IMG/VR virus record: IMGVR_UViG_2541047688_000007
Location: 1-25,205 of that record
DNA from: a virus
Lineage: Duplodnaviria > Heunggongvirae > Uroviricota > Caudoviricetes
DNA length: 25,205 nucleotides
Reading direction: 5' to 3' (one strand)
The notes beneath the pieces were generated by a model. The model saw nothing but the letters and a program-made list of their open reading frames with translations, was not told the DNA's origin and did not search any database. This document shows, in pieces, positions 6,855 to 14,636 of the stretch. The translations under genes were made by a program, and so were the position numbers. Positions within the stretch are counted from its first letter, which is position 1; each line of letters opens with the position of its first letter.

Positions 6855-7863
6855 TAAATGTTTCCCCTATTATCTGACCAATTATAGGGGGAACAGCATT
6901 TCCAATCATTGTCCCCAATTTTTGGAATGAAAAAGGCGTCTCCTTGTCAAGGAATTTATAATCCATTGGAAAGGATTGCAAAATCGCAGCTTCACGCAAA
7001 GTTATGGCGCGATTTTGCTCAGGATGGCCAAATCGTCCATTTCCATATCCATAACACTGGGTAGTTATCGTAGGGCTAGTATCGTCCCAAACCATCCGTC
7101 CATAAACGCTTTTATAGGTAGCACCTGAATTCTTTTTATGACAGTCTGCTCTAATTTCTTCAGGCCAGTCATCCCACGTACCACCAGGTAAAGAATGCAT
7201 GATTCGTTTAAGATTGATATCCATCAATTTAGGCGAACGATGCAAGGGATCGCTTTCCAGCTTCTCACCTGCCCCTACTTTTGGCAACCTACCAATAGCA
7301 TCCTTAACAGTAACTTTACGGCTAACTTTTTTTTGATCAAGGCTGATCGGCCCCAATTGGGAACCAATTAGAATTAATCTACGTCTATTTTGAGGTAAGC
7401 CATACTCAGAACATCTTACAACGTCGTACCACAAATGATATCCAAGAGTCTTTAATGCACTAACAAACCCTTCAAAAACCTTATGGTTTCTAAGTTGAGG
7501 AACATTCTCCATCGTCACAAGCTCTGGCATTACATCACTTACAAGCCTTTGAAACTCATATAACAAACGCCACTTTGTATCGTCTTTACGGCTATTTGGA
7601 TTACGATACTTGGAAAACGGTTGGCAAGGAGCACATCCAGCAAGCAATCTAATATTTCCTTCCTTGAACATAGCAGACACATCGCAGGATTGCAGTTCTG
7701 TAACTGACTGATTAATGAACTGCGTTAAAGGATTATTGCTCTCAATAGCAAAACGGCAGGATTCATCAATATCAATACCATGAGAAACCTCAATCCCGGC
7801 TTTTTTTAGCCCAAAAGTTAAGCCCCCCGCACCACAAAAAATGTCTACTGCCTGAATGTTCAC
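6823..7863 (-). CDS. DNA (cytosine-5)-methyltransferase
   Basis: 346-aa ORF with C5-MTase motifs I (FCGAGG), IV (GCAPCQPFS, catalytic Cys), VI (ENV), QRRR and GNAV; GTG start at 7861-7863 with GGAG SD; 3' end overlaps HEPN gene by 32 bp (convergent). Confidence 0.9.
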   Translation of the reverse strand: MNIQAVDIFCGAGGLTFGLKKAGIEVSHGIDIDESCRFAIESNNPLTQFINQSVTELQSCDVSAMFKEGNIRLLAGCAPCQPFSKYRNPNSRKDDTKWRLLYEFQRLVSDVMPELVTMENVPQLRNHKVFEGFVSALKTLGYHLWYDVVRCSEYGLPQNRRRLILIGSQLGPISLDQKKVSRKVTVKDAIGRLPKVGAGEKLESDPLHRSPKLMDINLKRIMHSLPGGTWDDWPEEIRADCHKKNSGATYKSVYGRMVWDDTSPTITTQCYGYGNGRFGHPEQNRAITLREAAILQSFPMDYKFLDKETPFSFQKLGTMIGNAVPPIIGQIIGETFIRHVEGINTR

Positions 7864-7926
7864 AAGATTCTCCGTTACTTTATCCTGGTATTATATACAC
7901 ATAAAAGTTGGGAAAGTAGAACGATT

Positions 7927-8295
7927 TTACATAGAACTTAAGTCATTGTAGTAAATGAAAAATGACAAGCAGCCATCAATAAACCCCATTGCTGTTTGCA
8001 TCTCTTTCCGTATTGTTCCATCTGAACATTTCCGTTTTTTAGCAATAGCGCGTAATGAGATACCAATAACAAAGTGAGCAATGATCAACTCATACTCTTC
8101 GGGTTTATACTTTCGCAACCGAGCCACACAACCGTCTATCATGATACCTTCGTCATCATCACACTGGAGACGTGACTTTTTACCGTGTGGTAAAAGCCCC
8201 TTGAAGCCTGCTGCTATCGGCTGCCAGTCCACACCACTGTTATCTGCTGCAGCCCAGGCCCCCCAACGATCTAAAACTTCGTACATATCACGCAT
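7927..8295 (-). CDS. Q: late-gene antiterminator Q (phage 82/QuuD-like family)
   Basis: 122-aa ORF MRDMYEVLDRWGAWAAADNSGVDWQPIAAGFKGL... with Cys-rich zinc-binding-like region; resembles the small Q proteins of phage 82 and the DLP12 prophage as I recall them; last gene of the coupled early operon. Confidence 0.7.
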   Translation of the reverse strand: MRDMYEVLDRWGAWAAADNSGVDWQPIAAGFKGLLPHGKKSRLQCDDDEGIMIDGCVARLRKYKPEEYELIIAHFVIGISLRAIAKKRKCSDGTIRKEMQTAMGFIDGCLSFFIYYNDLSSM

Positions 8296-8552
8296 CAGCG
8301 CAGTACCTCCTGCACCAGTTTTTCAAACTTACCAACTCTGGTTTCCAGCTCTGCCACACAATCCACCAGCTCATCCACTGCTTTTTGTGCACGGTGTTTT
8401 GCCTGCATCAGTTCCCTGAGCGCTGGCACCATATCCCGACGAATGGCATCTTTTGTTACACCTGTTTTTTCCAGTTGTTCCGCCTGCCGCAACATTTCCT
8501 GTGCCTGTTTACGTAATTGCTCAGGGGTAAAAGTCATTGTCTGGTTGTTCAA
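8295..8552 (-). CDS. hypothetical coiled-coil protein (~80-85 aa)
   Basis: ORF overlapping the DnaB stop (TTG at 8550-8552 or ATG at 8535-8537) and the Q start (ATGA); charged helical sequence, no recognised motif. Confidence 0.45.
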   Translation of the reverse strand: MNNQTMTFTPEQLRKQAQEMLRQAEQLEKTGVTKDAIRRDMVPALRELMQAKHRAQKAVDELVDCVAELETRVGKFEKLVQEVLR

Positions 8553-9949
8553 AAGAAACGCTCCATCTTACTGCTGTCAGTTCGTTTGTTGCTGTATCTG
8601 CGCGGCTGGGGCTGTTGCATTGGGGTGGAAAGAACCTGTGCGCTTTCCTGATCCACAGGCAGAAAATGTCCGTTATAAAAACGCCGATAAATCGTCCCCA
8701 GAGAACCGTTACGTTGTTTCGTGATATTGATTTCTGCGATGCCCCTGGCCTGCGTATCCGGGTTGTACACTTCATCCCTGTAAAGCATCAGAATGATGTC
8801 TGCATCCGCCTCTATTTCTCCGGAATTTTTCAGGTCTGAGTTCATGGGGCGTTTATTGGGTCTGGACTCCACACCGCGGGAGAGCTGGCTCAGCGCAATC
8901 AACGGAAAACCACCGGATTTTGCCAGGCCTTTAAGCCCCTTTGAGATTTCACCCACGGCAAGGTCATGACGCCCCGTGGTTCGGGTTTTTATCAGCCCGA
9001 GATAATCAACCACCACCAGCGCCGTTTCCGGATGTTTAATCAGGTGATGTTTCGTTGTTGCGCATATCTCATCAATGGTCAGGTTCGCCTGGTCCACCAT
9101 CCAGATATTGCGCCCGGTCATCCGCCCCACTCCTTGTGAGAAACGTGCCCAGTCTTCGTCTTCAAAGTGAGTGACAGATTTCAGGCGTGATACCGGCATT
9201 CCTCCAGCCGCAGATACCATGCGTTCACCAATCTGGATGTTCGCCATTTCCATTGTGAACAGGAGAACGCCGTGCCCCTGTTCAGTCACCTTGTCGATGA
9301 TATCCAGCGCCAGTTCGGTTTTACCCATCGAAGGACGAGCAGCAATAAATACCAGGTCGCCGGGCTCCATGCCGCCTGTTTTTGCGTCCAGTTCATCAAT
9401 ACCGGTCATCAACGTTCTGGATTTCTCCTGTCCCTGATTCCGGCATTCAACACGCTCAACCACCTCCGGAAGCACATCATCAATATGTACCGGCTGAATA
9501 ATGCCCTTTTCCGTCGACAATGAGGCCATCATGTTCTGCGCATCCTTCAGGGCATCTTCAGCTGCTTCACAGGTATGCGCATCACGTAATTTCTGCAACG
9601 CCTCATTCAGCGTTTTTTCTGCATCGCGCAATGCGGCATTGCGCCGCAACGCTGCAACATAGTGCTCCAGTGAAGACTTCACCCAGGTTTTGCGCCCGGT
9701 ATCAGTAATCACCGGGGCAAGTTCCGGCATCTCATTACACAACAGCACAGGGTCAATCACGCCTGAAACACGGGCCTGTCTGCAGATGCCTGTGTAGATA
9801 TCCCTATACGCTCGTACAGAAAAAACGTCCGCAGGTAGTGTGACCAGAATATCCATCACTTCAGGATCTGCCCCACGCAGAAAGAACGCACCGATGACAG
9901 CGCCTTCCAGGTCATCGTTACGCCATGCCGGGGTGTTCTGGCTGGTCAT
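8549..9949 (-). CDS. replicative DNA helicase, DnaB family
   Basis: 466-aa ORF with Walker A (ARPSMGKT), Walker B-like (LVVVDYLGL) and DnaB-type N-terminal domain. Confidence 0.9.
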   Translation of the reverse strand: MTSQNTPAWRNDDLEGAVIGAFFLRGADPEVMDILVTLPADVFSVRAYRDIYTGICRQARVSGVIDPVLLCNEMPELAPVITDTGRKTWVKSSLEHYVAALRRNAALRDAEKTLNEALQKLRDAHTCEAAEDALKDAQNMMASLSTEKGIIQPVHIDDVLPEVVERVECRNQGQEKSRTLMTGIDELDAKTGGMEPGDLVFIAARPSMGKTELALDIIDKVTEQGHGVLLFTMEMANIQIGERMVSAAGGMPVSRLKSVTHFEDEDWARFSQGVGRMTGRNIWMVDQANLTIDEICATTKHHLIKHPETALVVVDYLGLIKTRTTGRHDLAVGEISKGLKGLAKSGGFPLIALSQLSRGVESRPNKRPMNSDLKNSGEIEADADIILMLYRDEVYNPDTQARGIAEINITKQRNGSLGTIYRRFYNGHFLPVDQESAQVLSTPMQQPQPRRYSNKRTDSSKMERFF

Positions 9950-10854
9950 GCGGCAACACCTCCGATACGAGAACGGTAGCTGGGCCAGTTAAACGACAAC
10001 CAGTTGCGCCCGCCATCGGTGATTCTGTCGGCAATCCGGGGACTGATGAACGCCCACAATTCTTCCGGTGAAAGGTTGCTGATCAGGATAGTTGGCAAAA
10101 TACCCTCATACCGGGCATTGATAATTTCCTGCAAAATGGCCATTTCAGCCGCACTGCCAAACTGAACGCCGACTTCGTCGACAATCAGCAAATCCAGTGA
10201 CGCATAATGCTCAATGACGTCATCCGCTGTTTTTTCACTGTCATTCCGCCAGCAGTTTTTCACAGCCCGGGTAAGGCGCATCACGTCGGTGATCTCCACA
10301 CTGGCCAGATAGTTACGGATGATGTGTTTTGCCATTGATACCGCCAGATGATTTTTCCCGGTACCGCAACTGCCGGTCATAACAAGACTGGTACCGTTCT
10401 CCAGCATATCTGGCCAGTTCTCCGCATAGCGGCGACAGGCCGCAAGATTTCTGGCTGCGTCAGGATTAACCTCCAGATAATTATCAAACTCGCAGTCCCG
10501 AAAACGCAGAGCAATTCCGGCGTTATCAGTCAGTTCTTCCGCCTTGAGGGACGACAGTTCCATGGTCAAATCACTGGCCTCAGCGATCAAGCAGTCAGGG
10601 CAGCATGAAATTTTTTCTCTGTCCTCGCCATTACGATCGATCCACACCAGTATATGCGTACGATATTTACCGTGTTTTTCGCAATATCCGCGACCTTCAC
10701 GCATCAGGCAGGAACGATAAGGCCATGGCTTTTCGCCCTTCTGAGCAAATGCAATCTCTGCCCGTAACTCATCCATTTCTGCCCGTAAATCATCCATTCG
10801 CGCCTGTAGTCTTGTTTGTTTCTCACGTTGGTCAATCGTCATCATCGCTGTCAC
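9946..10854 (-). CDS. DnaC/IstB-like AAA+ helicase loader with N-terminal Cys/His zinc-binding-like region
   Basis: 302-aa ORF; P-loop GSCGTGKNHLA, Walker B LLIVDEVG; N-terminal C-x2-H...CC-x2-C cluster. Confidence 0.8.
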   Translation of the reverse strand: MTAMMTIDQREKQTRLQARMDDLRAEMDELRAEIAFAQKGEKPWPYRSCLMREGRGYCEKHGKYRTHILVWIDRNGEDREKISCCPDCLIAEASDLTMELSSLKAEELTDNAGIALRFRDCEFDNYLEVNPDAARNLAACRRYAENWPDMLENGTSLVMTGSCGTGKNHLAVSMAKHIIRNYLASVEITDVMRLTRAVKNCWRNDSEKTADDVIEHYASLDLLIVDEVGVQFGSAAEMAILQEIINARYEGILPTILISNLSPEELWAFISPRIADRITDGGRNWLSFNWPSYRSRIGGVAA

Positions 10855-10855
10855 C

Positions 10856-11782
10856 TCAGAATGTCAATTTGTTACTGGATTTACCGAATTTGTCAGACAT
10901 GGCTCCCAGGCCAGCCAGGACATCGACCTGTCGCTGTCGCCCACCTCCGTGAGCGGCTGGCTGTTGCCAGTAATCTTCGAAGTGACGATCGGGTCCAAAG
11001 AACGTCGCAGCCTGCTTCACGAACTGTGTGCCGGTATTTCCTGTAGCACGTACCCAGGCGGCATACCGCTTCACGCCATCAAGCATGGTCTCCGGTTTTA
11101 TTCCCTCCCTGATACGGGCTTTCCAGGCTTTGAAGGCTGCAGATTTTGAATTGCCACCAGCACGTTTGGGATATTCCTGCCAGGCCTGTTCAAATTCCGG
11201 TGAATATTCCTGTCTGGCAGAACGCGCTGGTGCAGACGCGTCAGCGGATGCGCCAATATCTTGCGGTTCATGTTTTGAATTTACTGGTGGTTCATGTTTT
11301 AAACCTTGTGGATCTGGAGTCAGATTCTGAAGGGTCAAACGCGTATTTTTGCCAGAATCTGAAGGCTCAAACACGCCTGAACATACAGATTCTGACGGTT
11401 CAGATTTTGAAAGTTCAGAATCTGAAGGGTCACGTAATACTGAAAGTCTGCGCTGCTGTTTCAGTTCTGCAACCTTATCCCGCTCAGTTCTGGCAAGCTG
11501 CTCAAGCCGATCAGCATTCAGATGATAAAGATTGGACGTATTACGGTTACCTTTGCGGCGTGACTGACGCGTCAGCCAGCCATCAGCCTCCAGTTCGGAG
11601 ATTGCCGTTCTGACTGTACTTTCTCCCAATCCAAGCTGTCGACATATGGTTTCAACACCCGGGTAGCACACCCCGTCATCATTCGAATAATCAGCCAGGC
11701 GCGCCATAATCATCAGTTTTGCACCTTTGACGCCATATGCTGCGCATGCATCCCAGACATTACCGAGGATCTTGCTACTCAT
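10856..11782 (-). CDS. replication initiator, O-like (N-terminal HTH domain) containing internal iterons
   Basis: 308-aa ORF with N-terminal winged-helix region (DGVCYPGVETICRQLGLGESTVRTAISELEADGWL); position immediately upstream of DnaC/DnaB-like genes; internal direct repeats consistent with an ori embedded in the gene. Confidence 0.7.
   Translation of the reverse strand: MSSKILGNVWDACAAYGVKGAKLMIMARLADYSNDDGVCYPGVETICRQLGLGESTVRTAISELEADGWLTRQSRRKGNRNTSNLYHLNADRLEQLARTERDKVAELKQQRRLSVLRDPSDSELSKSEPSESVCSGVFEPSDSGKNTRLTLQNLTPDPQGLKHEPPVNSKHEPQDIGASADASAPARSARQEYSPEFEQAWQEYPKRAGGNSKSAAFKAWKARIREGIKPETMLDGVKRYAAWVRATGNTGTQFVKQAATFFGPDRHFEDYWQQPAAHGGGRQRQVDVLAGLGAMSDKFGKSSNKLTF
11266..11435. 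repeat. candidate iteron array / replication origin inside the O-like gene
   Basis: Two copies of GGTTCATGTTTT (11266-11300) followed by 4-5 imperfect direct repeats of CAGA(A/T)TCTGAAGG(G/C)TCA (11319-11433). Confidence 0.5.
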
Positions 11783-12003
11783 ACGACACCTCCCAGACGC
11801 TTAAACATTTTTCCGGACTGAAACGCCACCAGCGGGTAACTCAGGGTATAAGTACGCCCCTGCACCTGGCAGACAACCTTCTGACTTTCTGCATTGACCA
11901 GGCAAACCCGCAGAACGAGGCCGTTGCTGGTGGTAAACCACTGCCCCACTCGGGGGCAACGGTTGTATCGGTGATACAGGGAATTAACGATGTGGCGGAT
12001 CAT
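11779..12003 (-). CDS. hypothetical protein (74 aa)
   Basis: ORF with ATGA overlaps to both neighbours (translational coupling) in early operon; no recognised motif. Confidence 0.4.
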   Translation of the reverse strand: MIRHIVNSLYHRYNRCPRVGQWFTTSNGLVLRVCLVNAESQKVVCQVQGRTYTLSYPLVAFQSGKMFKRLGGVV

Positions 12004-12194
12004 GGACGCACCTCCGCCGTAGTTACGTATTTAACCGGGCTACCTTTCATTGAGATGGTTTCACACATCTCTGCCGCTTTCAGTTCCGCTGTTTTTCTGG
12101 ATTTATAGCGACGGTGCCAGACAGATACATCCGTGCGAACTGATACATCGTTTCTGTATTCCGTAGTGGAGATGATGATTTCGTAACTAATCAT
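12000..12194 (-). CDS. hypothetical protein (64 aa)
   Basis: ORF with ATGA overlaps to both neighbours; no recognised motif. Confidence 0.4.
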   Translation of the reverse strand: MISYEIIISTTEYRNDVSVRTDVSVWHRRYKSRKTAELKAAEMCETISMKGSPVKYVTTAEVRP

Positions 12195-13042
12195 GGGCGA
12201 ACCTCCTTGTCAGAACCATTCAGCCTGGAATCAACAAGTGCAGCGCCAAAAACAGCATCACCAACACGGTCGTACAGTTTGCTAGCCAGCGGAGATTCAA
12301 CGGCCTTAAGCATTGGATAAAGCTGGCTTGTCCAGATTTGATGGATTTCACGCAAATGCAGGTATACGCCTCTGGCGTTTCGTGCGACAGCTGACATATC
12401 AGACGTATCGGCACCTGATAAACTCTTCTCCATCAGGTTAAAGGCGTTGATGTATGCCTCTTTGAACCGGGCAGCACGTTTACCAGTGAAGCCCATGGCA
12501 AGGAACGCGAAGCCATCGCGGGTGATTTGATAGCAAGGTAGTTTGCGGCCTGATGCGTCGGTGTATTCACTTAACACAAAATTGTGTTCAGTAAATTCAG
12601 CGGAACATTCGAGGTTTCTAATTCTATCTAAAACCCGCTCATGCCGTTTAGTAAAGTAATTAGCTACTGCAAGAGATGTGGTGACAACGCGACCATTGAT
12701 AATCGTGATTTCAGGGTGAGATTGGGTTGGGAGAGTAGTCATGGTGACAGCCCCTATGTTGAATTCAATGAACTCACCACCAAGGCTTTCCACGACCATA
12801 TAGGTGGTGAGACGTACAGGGGTGGAAATACCGGTCAACATAGAACCCGGCCCAACCGAAGTTGGCCCTGCACGCCCCACCATAATTTGGGCGTAACGAT
12901 GCTCATGACACGAAAAAACCGCATGAGCGCGGTTGTGCTCTATATTGAATTTCGGGTTTCCACGCCCGGCACCCGCTTTATAAGGTGCAGAGACAGTGTA
13001 ACGTCCCGAAATTGCAGAATCAATATGCTGGTGGCGGATCAT
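12191..13042 (-). CDS. Rha-family phage regulatory protein (paralog 2)
   Basis: Core ITIINGRVVTTSLAVANYFTKRHERVLDRIRNLECSAEF...ITRDGFAFLAMGFTGKRAARFKEAYINAFNLME matches the Rha (Phage_pRha) pattern as I recall it; ~100-aa N-terminal extension whose first residues are shared with the upstream paralog. Confidence 0.7.
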   Translation of the reverse strand: MIRHQHIDSAISGRYTVSAPYKAGAGRGNPKFNIEHNRAHAVFSCHEHRYAQIMVGRAGPTSVGPGSMLTGISTPVRLTTYMVVESLGGEFIEFNIGAVTMTTLPTQSHPEITIINGRVVTTSLAVANYFTKRHERVLDRIRNLECSAEFTEHNFVLSEYTDASGRKLPCYQITRDGFAFLAMGFTGKRAARFKEAYINAFNLMEKSLSGADTSDMSAVARNARGVYLHLREIHQIWTSQLYPMLKAVESPLASKLYDRVGDAVFGAALVDSRLNGSDKEVRP

Positions 13043-13701
13043 AGGTGCACCTCCCGTTGATTACGACGGAACGCGGAGTGACCCTGGACGGTTTCAGCCT
13101 CATGGAATGCTTCAATACAGCTCTCGTAGTACCGCATTGTGCGCAGACTTAACCCAAGCTGAAGCATCATCAGACCATCAAGGGTGATGTAATAACCACG
13201 CAGGGAGTCACCGTAGATGTGATAAGTACCCGGTATGAAATTGCGGGTAAAAAACTCGCGTGAGCAGTTCAGATACTCGATTTTGTCGACGATGTTCTGG
13301 TGCATGCGCTTAAAGTGGCAGGCAACATGCAGGGAGAAAATAACGGCCTTGCCGTTGACAACTTCAATTTTGAGGAATGGGGAAGTTGGGACTGTAGCCA
13401 TGATGGCAGCCTCCGTTGACTGTGGAAAACTTCCACCACCGGAGCTGCGAAACTCACTGGTGGCAGACTGAACAGGGTTCGCAGTACCGGCGTCAACGGA
13501 GACCGGCGAGCCTTTCGGCTCCCCTGCCCAGCCCACCATAATTCTGGCGTGCGTGAGCGCGGACGATAAAAAAGACGCTGGCGCGTCATATATCGCCGTT
13601 GACAATTCCGGGCTGCGACCCCCGGCACCCGCTTTATAAGGTGCAGAGACAGTGTAACGTCCCGAAATTGCAGAATCAATATTTGGTCTTGAAATGATCA
13701 T
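13039..13701 (-). CDS. Rha-family phage regulatory protein (paralog 1, divergent)
   Basis: Core EVVNGKAVIFSLHVACHFKRMHQNIVDKIEYLNCSREF...ITLDGLMMLQLGL resembles the Rha domain; N-terminal DSAISGRYTVSAPYKAGAG shared with the downstream paralog. Confidence 0.6.
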   Translation of the reverse strand: MIISRPNIDSAISGRYTVSAPYKAGAGGRSPELSTAIYDAPASFLSSALTHARIMVGWAGEPKGSPVSVDAGTANPVQSATSEFRSSGGGSFPQSTEAAIMATVPTSPFLKIEVVNGKAVIFSLHVACHFKRMHQNIVDKIEYLNCSREFFTRNFIPGTYHIYGDSLRGYYITLDGLMMLQLGLSLRTMRYYESCIEAFHEAETVQGHSAFRRNQREVHL

Positions 13702-13785
13702 ATAGCTGCTGATATCTTTAGAACTGTTCTTGGATGTTTCGGAGCCGTTTTATGCGAAACAGCTCCCCGTTATTGATGTTGAGTG

Positions 13786-13810
13786 AGCCGGGTTACTCCC
13801 GGCTTTTTTT
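13786..13810 (+). terminator. rho-independent terminator-like hairpin, plus-strand oriented
   Basis: 7-bp stem AGCCGGG/CCCGGCT with 5-nt loop followed by T7; T-run abuts the stop codon of the minus-strand Rha gene. Confidence 0.35.
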
Positions 13811-14517
13811 CATCGCTGCCAACCAATAACCTGAAATAACCCCATTTTCGGGTGATACCAGCGAGTCCCTCGCGGTTCTGCTTCCTCCATAACCCGATAA
13901 AAAGCAGCCATAAACGGTTCCACAGCAACAATTGCGCGACGTGACAACAATCCGTCCGGCGTCATGAACTCATGTGTGTCTGTAGGAATTTGATAGGCGT
14001 TCACCAGATTGCGGCATTTATCATCTGACAAACCGGTTTTTGCTTTCAGTTGGCGATATCCGGCATAGCCCTCACGAATAGTGCCCTTTTTAATTTGCTC
14101 GACTGTTTCAGCAACGTGGCTGACTTTTTCTTCCACCTGAGTGATCCGTTTCTGTTGGCGAACGGCTTCAAGAGCCATCGCGGCAACCATTTCGATTTCG
14201 CTCATTGGCTTACGGATCTGTTCTTCCAGTTCGCGCCAGCGATCTACCAGGCGAGCTGTGAATTCAGGACAGAGCTGTGCGACGACAATGATGCTGTCGC
14301 GCTTACCTTGTTCGCCTTCGAAGATGTAAGCACCTACATTTCGTTTTAATCCTAAGTTGTTGATTATTTCGAAATTCGCCATTGGCGCACTTCGAATAAT
14401 CCCCTTATCCATGAGCCTTTCAATGCTGCGCTTAACATCTTTGTGTTGGCTGCCCACCAACTCTGCGATTTCAAGGCTGGTCATGGATGCTTTGCCGTTA
14501 AAAATTGCGGTGTTCAC
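13810..14517 (-). CDS. Rha-family regulatory protein / antirepressor-like (paralog 3)
   Basis: N-terminal MTSLEIAELVGSQHKDVKRSIERL fits the Rha N-terminal pattern; start placed at GTG 14515-14517 (AAGGAG SD at 6 nt); ATG alternatives at 14521-14523 and 14557-14559. Confidence 0.6.
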   Translation of the reverse strand: MNTAIFNGKASMTSLEIAELVGSQHKDVKRSIERLMDKGIIRSAPMANFEIINNLGLKRNVGAYIFEGEQGKRDSIIVVAQLCPEFTARLVDRWRELEEQIRKPMSEIEMVAAMALEAVRQQKRITQVEEKVSHVAETVEQIKKGTIREGYAGYRQLKAKTGLSDDKCRNLVNAYQIPTDTHEFMTPDGLLSRRAIVAVEPFMAAFYRVMEEAEPRGTRWYHPKMGLFQVIGWQR

Positions 14518-14636
14518 TGCCATCTCCTTACGGATAAATTCTTTTAAGATTCCGCACATTCGTACTTATTGGTGCCGAACCTTCCTTCAGTTATCCTTTT
14601 GATCCCTATAAACAAAAGAACCAAAGGAGGTTCGAC

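Noticed and set aside
10348-11613. Plus-strand ORFs 10348..10608, 10605..10952, 11028..11330 and 11146..11613
   Set aside because: Antisense to the DnaC-like and O-like genes; the 11146..11613 frame is generated by the iteron repeats; no RBS and junk-like composition.
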